Origin: Minisyncoccota bacterium
GTDB lineage: Bacteria > Patescibacteriota > Minisyncoccia > Phycocordibacterales > UBA9973
Assembly: GCA_017991515.1 (NCBI GenBank)
Contig: JAGOQI010000001.1
Coordinates: 41,641-105,640, forward strand
Direction: 5' to 3'
Length of the DNA stretch: 64,000 bases
Positions 8,134-18,090 of the stretch are shown one piece after another. Under the pieces are notes generated by a model. The model was not told the origin of the DNA. It worked only from the letters and a program-made list of their open reading frames with translations, and ran no database searches. Each line of letters begins with the position of its first letter. Position 1 is the stretch's first letter. The translations under genes and the position numbers were made by a program.

Positions 8134-9099
8134 ATGAACTCAAAATCTCAAATAAAAAAAGAGGGGGTCTTATTGCTTATTGTAGGTGTACTTTATGTAA
8201 TGGTCGGTACTGTTAATTGGTTATTGTTACCTCCAAAAACTTTTGAGGCACCATATAGCTTCACAATAGATAGTGGACAGTCTTTATTTTCTATATCTAA
8301 AGAACTCTCTGATGAAGGAGTTATTCGTAGCAGAAGAATATTTGAAATGATAATGCTGACATTGGGTAACGATAAAACTATTAGTCTTGGTCAGTATTAT
8401 TTTGAAAAACCAGTTGGTGTAATAGCTGTAGCTATGCGTATATCAGGAAGAGACTTTGGCATAGATAGACAAAAAGTTACCTTTCCTGAAGGCTTCACTA
8501 ACAAACAAATGTCCGAGAGGTTAAAAAATCAACTACAAAACTTTGATAGTGAATTATTTTTAGAATTAACAAAAGATAAAGAAGGTTACTTATTCCCTGA
8601 TACTTATCATTTTATACCATGGTCTAACCCTGAAACAGTTATTAATACTCTAACAAAAACATTTGATCAAAAAATATCATCTTTAGATACAGAAATATCT
8701 TCTTCTAAAAGAACACTAGAAGAAAATATTATTATGGCTTCTATAATAGAAAAGGAAGCAAAGGGTGAAGAAGACAGATATTTTATCTCCGGTATTTTAT
8801 GGAAAAGAATAGATAGAGGAATTCCTCTTCAAGTTGACGCCCCATTTCTTTACATACTTGGAAAAGAAAGTAAGGATCTTACTCGTACAGACTTAGCTAT
8901 AAACTCACCATTTAACACTTACAAATACAAAGGCTTAACTCCTTCACCTATAGGAAATCCTGGTCTTGATTCTATCAAGGCGGCATTATCTCCAAAAGAG
9001 TCTCCTTATTTATACTATCTACATGATAAAAATGGCAAAATATACTATGCTAAAACCTACGAAGAACACAAACAAAACATTAGTAAATACTTAAAATAA
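8134..9099 (+). CDS. mltG: Endolytic murein transglycosylase MltG/YceG family
   Basis: N-terminal TM helix; YceG-like hallmarks (…LQVDAPFLYILGK…NSPFNTYKYKGLTPSPIGNPGLDSIKAAL…YLYYL…). Confidence 0.7.
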   Translation: MNSKSQIKKEGVLLLIVGVLYVMVGTVNWLLLPPKTFEAPYSFTIDSGQSLFSISKELSDEGVIRSRRIFEMIMLTLGNDKTISLGQYYFEKPVGVIAVAMRISGRDFGIDRQKVTFPEGFTNKQMSERLKNQLQNFDSELFLELTKDKEGYLFPDTYHFIPWSNPETVINTLTKTFDQKISSLDTEISSSKRTLEENIIMASIIEKEAKGEEDRYFISGILWKRIDRGIPLQVDAPFLYILGKESKDLTRTDLAINSPFNTYKYKGLTPSPIGNPGLDSIKAALSPKESPYLYYLHDKNGKIYYAKTYEEHKQNISKYLK

Positions 9100-9100
9100 T

Positions 9101-9640
9101 ATGTTGCAACAACCTCTCGCATTTATAGATATAGAGACTACAGGACTCGACAGAGACACTCACGAGATTATTGAGCTTGGTGCTGTAATAACCAAAATGA
9201 AAGATGGTGTACTAACTGTAGTTGATCAAATAGATTTCAAAATACAACCAAAACATATAGAAACTGCTGAACCTCAAGCTCTTCGTATAAATGGCTACAA
9301 CGAAACTGACTGGCTCTTTGCGGTTAGTTTGGAAGACGCTATTAAAGAACTAGCCAAGAAAACAGATGGAGCAGTCTTTGTCGCTCACAATGTAACTTTT
9401 GATTATGGATTTATAGAAACTGCATTCAAAAAAACTGGAGTAGAAAATAAAATGCATTATCACAAAATAGATACAATATCGCTGGCCTTTGGCATACTTC
9501 ATACAAACGATGATATAGGGAAGTTATCACTCCGGGTTTTGTGCGAAAAATATGGCATAGAAAATAAAAAAGCGCATAGTGCTTTTGCTGATGCCTATGC
9601 GCTTTATGAAGTTTTTAAGAAAATAATGAACTTAAAATAA
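9101..9640 (+). CDS. DEDDh 3'-5' exonuclease, DNA pol III epsilon-like
   Basis: Exo I FIDIETTGLD, Exo II HNVTFDYGFI, Exo III HSAFADAYA motifs. Confidence 0.7.
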   Translation: MLQQPLAFIDIETTGLDRDTHEIIELGAVITKMKDGVLTVVDQIDFKIQPKHIETAEPQALRINGYNETDWLFAVSLEDAIKELAKKTDGAVFVAHNVTFDYGFIETAFKKTGVENKMHYHKIDTISLAFGILHTNDDIGKLSLRVLCEKYGIENKKAHSAFADAYALYEVFKKIMNLK

Positions 9641-10324
9641 AGTTGTATTTTGTAGTATCCTTATTTTTTCCTTAAGAATTAAAAAATCTCCTTTATACAA
9701 CTTATCGCTATCAATTTCTTTTTTTGCTGTAATATTTTGTTTTTTTACAGTACTGTAATCTCTTCCTGAAAAAAATATTCCTATTTCTTTCAAAGAATCT
9801 TTAGTAAACAGTCTTACAAGGTACATTGCCATATTTCTTGCTTTTATAACTGTTTCTTTTCGAATTCTTCCTATTATTTCGTCTTTTGAAATAGAATAAT
9901 AATCACTGACAATAGAAACTATATCTTCCTTTTCAATTTTTTTTGTTCCTCTTATATTTGTTTCATCGCTATGAATTCCATTGTATTGTTTTTGAGTAAC
10001 GATTAACCCAAGTCTTACTAATAAAGATATTTGTTTTTTATAACCCGTAACTGCTATAAATTCAAAATGATCTTTTTGATGTTTTCTAGTATCTTCTACA
10101 AATTTTTCAAGATCACTAGGTTTTGCATCCCAAAATTCAGGTGAAAGAAAGTTAACGATAACAATTTTCCAAGGTGCATGATAGATAATCTCCTGACTAA
10201 AAGATTCTAAGTCTTCTACTTTATGTAAAGTAGCCAAAGGATCTTTTGTCCGATATTTCATTTTTTCTAAAACAGATTCTTCATCGAAAATTTCAGAATC
10301 AAAAATTAATATTTTATTTCTCAT
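9632..10324 (-). CDS. DnaA domain-IV (DnaA C-terminal HTH)-containing protein, not a full DnaA
   Basis: C-terminal …VIKARNMAMYLVRLFTKDSLKEIGIFFSGRDYSTVKK… resembles the DnaA DNA-binding domain; no AAA+ Walker motifs; 230 aa. Confidence 0.45.
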   Translation of the reverse strand: MRNKILIFDSEIFDEESVLEKMKYRTKDPLATLHKVEDLESFSQEIIYHAPWKIVIVNFLSPEFWDAKPSDLEKFVEDTRKHQKDHFEFIAVTGYKKQISLLVRLGLIVTQKQYNGIHSDETNIRGTKKIEKEDIVSIVSDYYSISKDEIIGRIRKETVIKARNMAMYLVRLFTKDSLKEIGIFFSGRDYSTVKKQNITAKKEIDSDKLYKGDFLILKEKIRILQNTTLF

Positions 10325-10391
10325 AATGTAAAAGTTTTTCTTTACTCTAAACCTAAATAGAATTTTGTCAAATTTATGTTAATATCTCTGT

Positions 10392-11444
10392 GTGAAAGAA
10401 AAAGCTAAGAAAATATTTGTTGGTATTTCAGGCGGAGTAGACAGCTCTGCTGTGGCTTATTTGCTTAAAAAAGAAGGTTACGATGTTCATGGAATATTTG
10501 TCAAAACTTGGTCTCCAGAATGGCTTCCTTGTACTTGGATAGAGGAGAAGCGTGACGCTATGCGTGTTTGTGCGACTCTTAATATACCATTTCACTTCCT
10601 TGATGCAGAACAGGAGTATAAAGATGGTGTTGCAGACTATATGATATCTGAATATAAAGCCGGCAGAACACCAAATCCAGATGTACTTTGCAATCGTGTT
10701 ATCAAATTTGGTGCTATGTGGGATTATGCAAAAAATCATGGTGCTGACTATGTAGCCACAGGCCACTACGCTCGAACTGATGGAAAGAGCCTTATGAAAG
10801 GTCTTGATAGTTCCAAAGATCAAAGTTATTTCCTTTGGATGCTTACAAAAGAAGATCTATCACACACTATGATACCAATAGGACATTTACAAAAAAGTAA
10901 AGTTAGAAAAATTGCAGAGAAGGCAAAACTTTTTACAAGTGATAAAAAAGATAGCCAAGGTATTTGTTTCTTAGGGGATGTAGATATGCGAGAATTCTTG
11001 TCACACTATATAGAGCAAAAAAAAGGTTTGGTGAAAAATACAGAAGGGGAAATAGTAGGCGAACATGATGGTATCTGGTTTTACACACTCGGAGAACGAC
11101 ACGGTTTTCGTATAACAAAAAACTCTACAGATCAAAAACCATATTATATTGTAAATAAAAACATAGAAGAAAATGTACTGATTGTTTCTCATAATTCAAA
11201 ATCTCAAACAACAAAATCAAAACAACTAGTCACACTAAGAGAAGTTTCTTGGTTAGAAGTTGTGAGGCAAGACCTCACAATCAGTGCGCAAATTCGCTAT
11301 CACGGAGAACTGATACCTGCCAAAGTTATTGATGAAAATACTGTAGAACTAACACACCAGGGTGTTATAGCCGAAGGTCAATCTCTAGTTTTATATAAAG
11401 GAGAGACACTAGTAGGAGGTGGAATTATAGAAAAAGTCTCATAG
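10392..11444 (+). CDS. mnmA: tRNA-specific 2-thiouridylase MnmA
   Basis: PP-loop ISGGVDSSAVAYLLKKEGYDVHG and conserved C-terminal region; GTG start per ORF track. Confidence 0.85.
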   Translation: MKEKAKKIFVGISGGVDSSAVAYLLKKEGYDVHGIFVKTWSPEWLPCTWIEEKRDAMRVCATLNIPFHFLDAEQEYKDGVADYMISEYKAGRTPNPDVLCNRVIKFGAMWDYAKNHGADYVATGHYARTDGKSLMKGLDSSKDQSYFLWMLTKEDLSHTMIPIGHLQKSKVRKIAEKAKLFTSDKKDSQGICFLGDVDMREFLSHYIEQKKGLVKNTEGEIVGEHDGIWFYTLGERHGFRITKNSTDQKPYYIVNKNIEENVLIVSHNSKSQTTKSKQLVTLREVSWLEVVRQDLTISAQIRYHGELIPAKVIDENTVELTHQGVIAEGQSLVLYKGETLVGGGIIEKVS

Positions 11445-11479
11445 ATTTTTAAGTTAAATCAAAGTATACTTATACCCAT

Positions 11480-11947
11480 ATGCAACAAATATTAAATAGT
11501 GAGTTTTTTGTTTCTTTAGTTATCGCTATGGCGCTCGGCATAGCTATCGGACTTGAAAGATTTATCGCTGGCAAGACTGCAGGTATGCGAACTTATACTC
11601 TTATCTCTATGGGCTCAGCACTTTTTATAATTATTTCCCAAATCGTAGCTTCACAGTCACTCTCTTATAATTTTGATCCACTTCGTATAGCAGCTCAAGT
11701 TGTAGCAGCCGCAGGTTTTCTGGGTGTTGGTGCTATTTTTCAAAAGAACAATCAGATAAGTGGAGTGACAACAGCAAGTGGTATGTGGGTAGCAGCTGGT
11801 GTCGGTATGGCTTGTGGATTTAAACTCTATAATTTAGCCATTACTGTAACCATACTGACTTTATTTACTTTTATAGTACTTTGGTTTATCGAAAAGCAAA
11901 TTTGGAGATTTTCTAGACAAAAACCAAGTTCTGAAGATGATTTATAA
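11480..11947 (+). CDS. MgtC/SapB family membrane protein
   Basis: Multi-TM protein with the GLER motif typical of MgtC N-terminal domain. Confidence 0.55.
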   Translation: MQQILNSEFFVSLVIAMALGIAIGLERFIAGKTAGMRTYTLISMGSALFIIISQIVASQSLSYNFDPLRIAAQVVAAAGFLGVGAIFQKNNQISGVTTASGMWVAAGVGMACGFKLYNLAITVTILTLFTFIVLWFIEKQIWRFSRQKPSSEDDL

Positions 11948-11966
11948 AATGTGTTAAAGTACGATC

Positions 11967-13715
11967 ATGACATCTAGTGAGATAAGGAGTAGATTTTTAG
12001 AATTTTTTGCCAAGCGAGGACATGCTGTGCTTCCAAGTGTCTCTCTAGTCCCTAAAAATGACCCTTCTGTGCTTTTTAATACTGCGGGTATGCAGCCACT
12101 TGTGCCATATCTTATGGGGCAACCACATCCATCTGGGAATAAATTAGCTAGTTGTCAGAAATGTGTTAGGACAGGTGATATAGATGAAATAGGTGATAGT
12201 AGGCATTTAACATTTTTTGAAATGCTTGGTAACTGGTCACTAGGAGACTACTTCAAAGAAGAAGCTATCGGCTGGAGCTATGAATTTTTAACTTCAAAAG
12301 AAGAAGGTTTGGGATTAGATCCAGCTCGCCTTTATATAACAGTTTTTGAAGGAGATGAAGACGCACCTCGCGATACAGAAGCAGTAGAGATTTGGAAAAA
12401 ATTTATTCCAGAGAACCGTATTTATTTTCTACCAAAAGAAAATAACTGGTGGAGTCCAGGAGATAATGGCCCATGTGGTCCTGATACTGAAATGTTTTAT
12501 GATACGACCGAGCAAGGCTTGGGAGATTTGTCACATGAACAATTTGTAACAGCAGATGAAAACGGTCAAGTTGTGGAGATTTGGAACGATGTTTTCATGG
12601 AATATGAAAAACGAGATGGCAAAGTAATAGGGAAATTGTCACAAAAAAATGTTGACACAGGGAGCGGACTTGAGCGCATATCTATGATTGTTCAAGGAAA
12701 AGATAATGTTTATGAAGCAGATATGTTTAAAACTGTTATGGATTTTATTTATACCAACACTCGCAAACCTTATGATTTAAAATCTGCCAGAATTATTGCT
12801 GATCATATTCGTACTGCGACTTTTCTTATTGCCGATGGAGTCACTCCAAGCAATAAAGACCAAGGTTATATCCTAAGACGCCTTATTCGTAGAGCGGTTG
12901 TTCAGGCTGATATCTTAGGGTTGACACATGGAGTTTTGGTTACTGTCAGAGGTTTCTTTGCTTCACAATACAAAGACCAATACCCAGAACTCGAAGGTGG
13001 GCTAGGTATTCAAAACGATATTTTTAAAAATGAATTAGAAAAATTTCAAAAAACTCTTGAGCAAGGACTAAAAGAATTTGAAAAAGGTACTGATCCATTT
13101 ATTTTAGCTACAACTTATGGTTTTCCTATTGAAGTCACTGAAGAAATTGCTAAAGCTCAAGGTTTAAATATAGATAGAGAATCTTTTGATAAACAAATGA
13201 AGGCTCATCAAGACGCATCTCGCTCTGGAGCAGAACAAAAGTTCAAAGGTGGACTTGCAAATACTAGCGAACAAACAACTCGTCTTCATACTGCGCATCA
13301 CTTACTTTTAAAAGCATTGCAAGAAGTAGTTAGCCCTGATATTCATCAAAAAGGCTCAAATATCACTGAGGAACGACTGCGTATAGACTTTAACTTTGAT
13401 AGAAAGCTGACAGATGAAGAGAAAACTTTAGTTGAAAACAAGGTGAACGAATGGATATCTCAAGATTTGAAAGTTGTTAAAAAAGATATGCCTAGAGCTG
13501 AGGCTGAAACTATTGGAGCTGAAATGGAATTTGGAGTTAAATATCCTGACCTTGTATCTGTTTATTTTATAGAAGATGCAGATGGTAATGTTATTTCAAA
13601 AGAATTCTGTGGTGGCCCGCATGTCCAAAGTATTGGCTCTCTAGGAGAATTCAAAATTCAAAAAGAAGAAGCTTCTTCTGCAGGAGTTAGGCGTATTAAG
13701 GCAGTTTTAATTTAA
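11967..13715 (+). CDS. alaS: Alanine--tRNA ligase, short form lacking C-Ala domain
   Basis: Class II AlaRS catalytic core plus editing domain HxxxH (HTAHHLL); only 582 aa. Confidence 0.85.
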   Translation: MTSSEIRSRFLEFFAKRGHAVLPSVSLVPKNDPSVLFNTAGMQPLVPYLMGQPHPSGNKLASCQKCVRTGDIDEIGDSRHLTFFEMLGNWSLGDYFKEEAIGWSYEFLTSKEEGLGLDPARLYITVFEGDEDAPRDTEAVEIWKKFIPENRIYFLPKENNWWSPGDNGPCGPDTEMFYDTTEQGLGDLSHEQFVTADENGQVVEIWNDVFMEYEKRDGKVIGKLSQKNVDTGSGLERISMIVQGKDNVYEADMFKTVMDFIYTNTRKPYDLKSARIIADHIRTATFLIADGVTPSNKDQGYILRRLIRRAVVQADILGLTHGVLVTVRGFFASQYKDQYPELEGGLGIQNDIFKNELEKFQKTLEQGLKEFEKGTDPFILATTYGFPIEVTEEIAKAQGLNIDRESFDKQMKAHQDASRSGAEQKFKGGLANTSEQTTRLHTAHHLLLKALQEVVSPDIHQKGSNITEERLRIDFNFDRKLTDEEKTLVENKVNEWISQDLKVVKKDMPRAEAETIGAEMEFGVKYPDLVSVYFIEDADGNVISKEFCGGPHVQSIGSLGEFKIQKEEASSAGVRRIKAVLI

Positions 13716-13769
13716 CTTTATAAACTTTTTACTTTATAACTTTCAACTTACTGCTATAATATAAACACA

Positions 13770-14930
13770 ATGCCGAAATCAAAAGGACATAGTTTGCCTA
13801 TTGCAGTATTTGATATTAGTTCAAGTTCTGTAGCTGGCGCACATGCAATAGTAAACAAAGAAAAGTCTTCTATTCTTGCAAGTACAAGGCTATTTTCTGT
13901 GCCTCAAGAAGATTTAAATGTAGAAAGATATATAAATGAAACAATAGAGCAATTAGACAAAGTAATATCCATTTTAAAAAAAGCTGACAACCATACTCCT
14001 TCTATTGTTCAGGTTCTTTTGGCATCACCATGGTTTATTTCTCAAACTAGAACAATTATTTACAACAAAGATAGTGGTTTTGTTTGTAGTGAAAAACTTA
14101 TAAACTCACTTATTGATAAAGAAGTTGCTTACATCATAAAAAATGATATAGAGAAATTTGGCAACTTAGGTAAAGACGCCATTATTATCGAGAAACAAAT
14201 ATCTCAAGTAAAGTTAAACGGGTATACAACCTCTAAGCCTTTTGGTAAAAAAACTAAAAATCTAGAGCTCTTTTTGGTTATAACTGTTTCTCCGAAATTT
14301 ATTATAGATAAAATAAAAGACCAACTTCTCAAAAACTACGCTTCCTCTAGTATCAAGTTTACAACAAGTCCTTACGCGACTTTTGTTGTAGCTAGAGATT
14401 TCTTGCAAGCTCAAGAAGAAATAATGTTATTAGATATTGGCGAAGAGGTGACGGATATGGCTCTGGTAAAAAATAATATTTTTCTTTACCAACATTCTTT
14501 TCCTGTGGGACTGTATAAGTTTTATAGAGATATAACTAAAGATGGTAAAACTAGTCTGACAGAGGCAAAAGCATTGGTAGAATCCTTTAGGCTAGGTAAA
14601 CTTAGTGCCAATATGACAAGTAATGTTCAAAAATCCTTAGACGAATTCAGTCAAACTTGGCAAAAATCCTTTCAGGAAATGATAGATAGTAGTCAAGAGA
14701 GTATAAAAATACCAGAATCTATATATTTTGTTTGTGATCCTAGGTTTAACTCTTTCTTTGAAGGCCTCCTAAAACAAGATATTTTTTTACAACATGCCAC
14801 TGGTTCAACTGATCTAAATCCAGTAGCCATAACATCACAATTATTATCTTCACATATTTCTTCACTTGATTCTGAAAAAATAGATGAAACTATTTCTATA
14901 GCTACATTATTTTCTTCTCGCATCTTGTAG
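13770..14930 (+). CDS. Hypothetical protein, possible actin-like ATPase fold (PilM/FtsA-like)
   Basis: IAVFDISSSSVAGAHAIV and later LLDIGEEVTDMALV resemble phosphate-1 and adenosine motifs of PilM/FtsA-like proteins; weak. Confidence 0.3.
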   Translation: MPKSKGHSLPIAVFDISSSSVAGAHAIVNKEKSSILASTRLFSVPQEDLNVERYINETIEQLDKVISILKKADNHTPSIVQVLLASPWFISQTRTIIYNKDSGFVCSEKLINSLIDKEVAYIIKNDIEKFGNLGKDAIIIEKQISQVKLNGYTTSKPFGKKTKNLELFLVITVSPKFIIDKIKDQLLKNYASSSIKFTTSPYATFVVARDFLQAQEEIMLLDIGEEVTDMALVKNNIFLYQHSFPVGLYKFYRDITKDGKTSLTEAKALVESFRLGKLSANMTSNVQKSLDEFSQTWQKSFQEMIDSSQESIKIPESIYFVCDPRFNSFFEGLLKQDIFLQHATGSTDLNPVAITSQLLSSHISSLDSEKIDETISIATLFSSRIL

Positions 14931-14946
14931 TACAATTAAGTCATAA

Positions 14947-16188
14947 ATGAAACTTTATGATGTTATAGTAAAAGATTCTCCAAAAAATAAATCTCAAGAA
15001 GAGAGTGAGAGAGTATTTGTCCCCACGGAAATTCCTACAAAAAAGAGAAAACCTATTTTAATTTTACTTTTAACAGTGGTAGGTATAGTTGGTGTCTATA
15101 TCGCTGGTGTGTATTTAAATCGTGCAACAATAACAATTGTAGAGAGGACTGTTCCATTTTCTTTAGAAGGAAACATTATAGAATTAACACATGAGACGAA
15201 AAGTGATACTGAGAGACTATCGTTTCAAACTATGACTGTTACCAGTGAAATAAAAAGAGAGGTTTTTGGATCAGAACTAAAAGAGGTAACAGGGAAAGCT
15301 AAAGGTTCAGTAGTTTTCTTTAATGAATACTCAAAAAGCAAAGAAACTATAAAAAGTGGTACTAAACTAGTGGCAACAAATGGAAAAGTATATACAACCC
15401 AACAAACTATTACCATCCCTGGTTATACACTCGATAGTAAAAATAAGAAAGTCCCGGGAACTTCTGAAAGTGTCTCTATCATAGCTTCGAGTACAGGCTC
15501 TTCTTATAACTCTGAGGGAACATCATTTTCTATATCAGGATTTAGTGGTTCTAAAAAAACCCAAATAACGGCTAGGTCTATAGGTAAATTAGAAGGAGGG
15601 GATTCAGGTATGAGATATACAGTTTCAGATGCTGAGAGGCCTGCAATACTTGAATCTCTTAAAACACAGTTGAACGAAAGGCTTCGTAGAGAAACTAGAG
15701 CTCAAATACCAGAGCACTTAATAACTTATCCTGATTTACAATTTATATCTATTGACCCTGATAGCTTAAAATTAGAAGGAGAAGGTATAAAGTTTACCTC
15801 TGCAATAAAAGGTACTTTAACTTCTTATCTTATTCCAATAAAATTATTTGAATCAGCTATAGCTAAAGAGGTGCTAAGTGATCACTCTTATACAAATGTT
15901 TCTATACCAAACATAGCTTCACTGGATGTAGTTCCAGAAAGTTCTATTCCGACAAATATTAAAACTCCTCCAGAATCTATATCTATCAATGTTTCAGGCG
16001 ACGGCACTCTTATAACTAAAGTTTCTATCCAAGACATAAAAGAAATATTACTGGGTTCACCTAGATCTTCTTTTGATACAAAAATATCTAGTTTTAAAGA
16101 GATTTCTTCTGCAAAATTTAAGATGTTTCCTTTTTGGTCACCCTTTTTCCCAAAACAAGACCGCTATATAAAGGTTAATATCAAATAA
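14947..16188 (+). CDS. Hypothetical membrane-anchored Ser/Thr-rich protein (413 aa)
   Basis: Single N-terminal TM helix then long extracytoplasmic region; adjacent to actin-like gene. Confidence 0.4.
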   Translation: MKLYDVIVKDSPKNKSQEESERVFVPTEIPTKKRKPILILLLTVVGIVGVYIAGVYLNRATITIVERTVPFSLEGNIIELTHETKSDTERLSFQTMTVTSEIKREVFGSELKEVTGKAKGSVVFFNEYSKSKETIKSGTKLVATNGKVYTTQQTITIPGYTLDSKNKKVPGTSESVSIIASSTGSSYNSEGTSFSISGFSGSKKTQITARSIGKLEGGDSGMRYTVSDAERPAILESLKTQLNERLRRETRAQIPEHLITYPDLQFISIDPDSLKLEGEGIKFTSAIKGTLTSYLIPIKLFESAIAKEVLSDHSYTNVSIPNIASLDVVPESSIPTNIKTPPESISINVSGDGTLITKVSIQDIKEILLGSPRSSFDTKISSFKEISSAKFKMFPFWSPFFPKQDRYIKVNIK

Positions 16189-16194
16189 CATTTG

Positions 16195-16225
16195 ACCTTT
16201 AAAAGTCATTGTAGTATTATAGATT
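16195..16225 (+). promoter_or_regulatory. Sigma-70-like promoter TTGACC-N17-TATTAT ahead of infA/ribosomal operon
   Basis: Read directly; about 10 nt upstream of infA ATG. Confidence 0.4.
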
Positions 16226-16234
16226 TTACAACTC

Positions 16235-16444
16235 ATGGTAGATCAGAAAAATATAATAAAAGGCGTCATACAAGAAGCCCTTCCAAACACAATGTTCCGA
16301 GTGGAACTAGAAAATGGCGTACTCCAAGTAGCATATTTAGCTGGGAAAATGAGACTGAATCGTATTAAGGTTCTTGTGGGAGATACTGTTGAAGTACTAC
16401 AAGATCCTTATGGTGGAAAAGGGCGTATTGTCAGAAGAATGTAA
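16235..16444 (+). CDS. infA: Translation initiation factor IF-1
   Basis: 69 aa S1-like fold; GKMRLNRIKVLVGDTV. Confidence 0.9.
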   Translation: MVDQKNIIKGVIQEALPNTMFRVELENGVLQVAYLAGKMRLNRIKVLVGDTVEVLQDPYGGKGRIVRRM

Positions 16445-16493
16445 ATAGTATATAATAGCCCGACCTAAAAAAGGTGTCGCTTTCTTATTTTTT

Positions 16494-16604
16494 ATGAAGA
16501 TAAAATCAACTGTAAAAAAAATGTGTGCTAAGTGTAAGATTGTTAAACGCAATAGGCACTTAGTAGTGATTTGCGACAATCCTAGACACAAACAAAAACA
16601 ATAA
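16494..16604 (+). CDS. rpmJ: 50S ribosomal protein L36 (zinc-binding form)
   Basis: [36 protein letters not shown]; below ORF-track cutoff, found by reading the gap between infA and rpsM. Confidence 0.85.
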   Translation: MKIKSTVKKMCAKCKIVKRNRHLVVICDNPRHKQKQ

Positions 16605-16605
16605 T

Positions 16606-16986
16606 ATGCGTATATTAGGTATAAACATCCCAAACGAAAAGAGACTAGACATTGGATTAACCAGTTTATTTGGTGTTGGAACTACTACAGCTATAAAAGT
16701 TCTAAACCAAGTTAAAGTTTCTCCAGAGACAAAATCAAAAGATCTTACGATAGAGCAAGAAAATGCTATTCGTACTCTTATAGAAGAAATGACCATAGAA
16801 GGTAACCTCAAACGAGAAGTTGCTGGAAATGTTAAGAGATTAAAAGATATTAAATGTTACCGAGGTGTTCGTCACACCAAGAGATTGCCGGTCAAAGGTC
16901 AAAGAACAAAAACAAATTCTCGAACTGTTAGAGGAAATGTTCGAAACACTATGGCATCAGGTCGTCGTAAAGAGAGTAAAACATAA
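16606..16986 (+). CDS. rpsM: 30S ribosomal protein S13
   Basis: MRILGINIPNEKRLDIGLTSLFGVG…. Confidence 0.9.
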   Translation: MRILGINIPNEKRLDIGLTSLFGVGTTTAIKVLNQVKVSPETKSKDLTIEQENAIRTLIEEMTIEGNLKREVAGNVKRLKDIKCYRGVRHTKRLPVKGQRTKTNSRTVRGNVRNTMASGRRKESKT

Positions 16987-16989
16987 CAT

Positions 16990-17424
16990 ATGGGAAAGAA
17001 AAGAATTGCAACTCAAGAAGGTCAATTGGTGGACGCTGACAAGCGCTCTCGTGCTACAGCTCGTGCACCAAAGAAAAAACTTACTACATGCATTTTAGCT
17101 ATAGAGTCTACTTTTAATAATACAAAAGCAGTAGTAAGTGACCTTAAAGGCAATGTATTGTTTTGGTCTTCATCTGGGTCTCTAGGGTTTAAAGGAGCAA
17201 AAAAAGGAACACCTTTTGCTGCTTCAAAAGTAGGTGAAATACTAGCAGAAAAAGCTGTTACAGCAGGCATAAAGGAAGCACATGCTGTAGTAGTAGGAGT
17301 TGGTTCAGGCCGAGAACCATTGATTCGAGCCTTTGTTGCTCCTGGTATCGAACTTTTATCAATCAAGGACCGAACACCTGTTCCACATAATGGTCCAAAG
17401 CCTAAGAAGCCTCGAAGAGTATAA
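16990..17424 (+). CDS. rpsK: 30S ribosomal protein S11
   Basis: Conserved S11 core …GNVLFWSSSGSLGFKGAKKGTPFAA…. Confidence 0.9.
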   Translation: MGKKRIATQEGQLVDADKRSRATARAPKKKLTTCILAIESTFNNTKAVVSDLKGNVLFWSSSGSLGFKGAKKGTPFAASKVGEILAEKAVTAGIKEAHAVVVGVGSGREPLIRAFVAPGIELLSIKDRTPVPHNGPKPKKPRRV

Positions 17425-17427
17425 AAT

Positions 17428-18039
17428 ATGAAAACAGTTGCAAAATACAAAATGTGTCGTCGTCTTGGTTCTGGTGTGTTTGAAAAATGTCAAACACAAA
17501 AGTTTGCTGCAGTTGAACAAAAAACTGTTCGAGGTGGAGCAAATGCAAAGCGCCCTAAGGCTCCATCTGGTTTCGGTCTTCAGCTTTTAGAAAAACAAAG
17601 AGTACGATTTTCATACGGTATCAGTGAGAGACAATTACAAAACTATGTGAAAACAGCTTCACATGTCAAAGGTATGCCTGTTACTGATAAACTACATGAA
17701 GTACTAGAAACTAGACTTGATAATACGGTTTACAGACTAGGCTTCGCTCCAACTCGAAGACAAGCAAGACAAATGACTTCTCATGGACATTTCGTTGTTA
17801 ATGGCAAGAAGTCTACTATTCCATCTCAACAACTACACATCGGAGACATAGTAGCTGTTAGAGAAGGCTCTCGAGGATCTGTCTTATTTACAGACTTCGC
17901 GAAAAAGGTAAAAGATGTAATAACGCCAAATTGGCTAAAATTAAATGCTGAGCAATTATCAGCTGAAGTCGTTGCAAAACCAAAGAACGACGAAGAATTT
18001 CTAAAGTTCGAAACGGTACTTGAGTTCTATAGTCGTTAA
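17428..18039 (+). CDS. rpsD: 30S ribosomal protein S4
   Basis: MKTVAKYKMCRRLG… S4 N-terminus and S4 RNA-binding domain. Confidence 0.9.
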   Translation: MKTVAKYKMCRRLGSGVFEKCQTQKFAAVEQKTVRGGANAKRPKAPSGFGLQLLEKQRVRFSYGISERQLQNYVKTASHVKGMPVTDKLHEVLETRLDNTVYRLGFAPTRRQARQMTSHGHFVVNGKKSTIPSQQLHIGDIVAVREGSRGSVLFTDFAKKVKDVITPNWLKLNAEQLSAEVVAKPKNDEEFLKFETVLEFYSR

Positions 18040-18090
18040 AATAGAACACGAAGTTGCACAAATTACAAAATAATTGTATTATTTAAAACC

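Noticed and set aside
17022-17450. 142-aa minus-strand ORF across rpsK
   Set aside because: Antisense to a certain ribosomal protein gene
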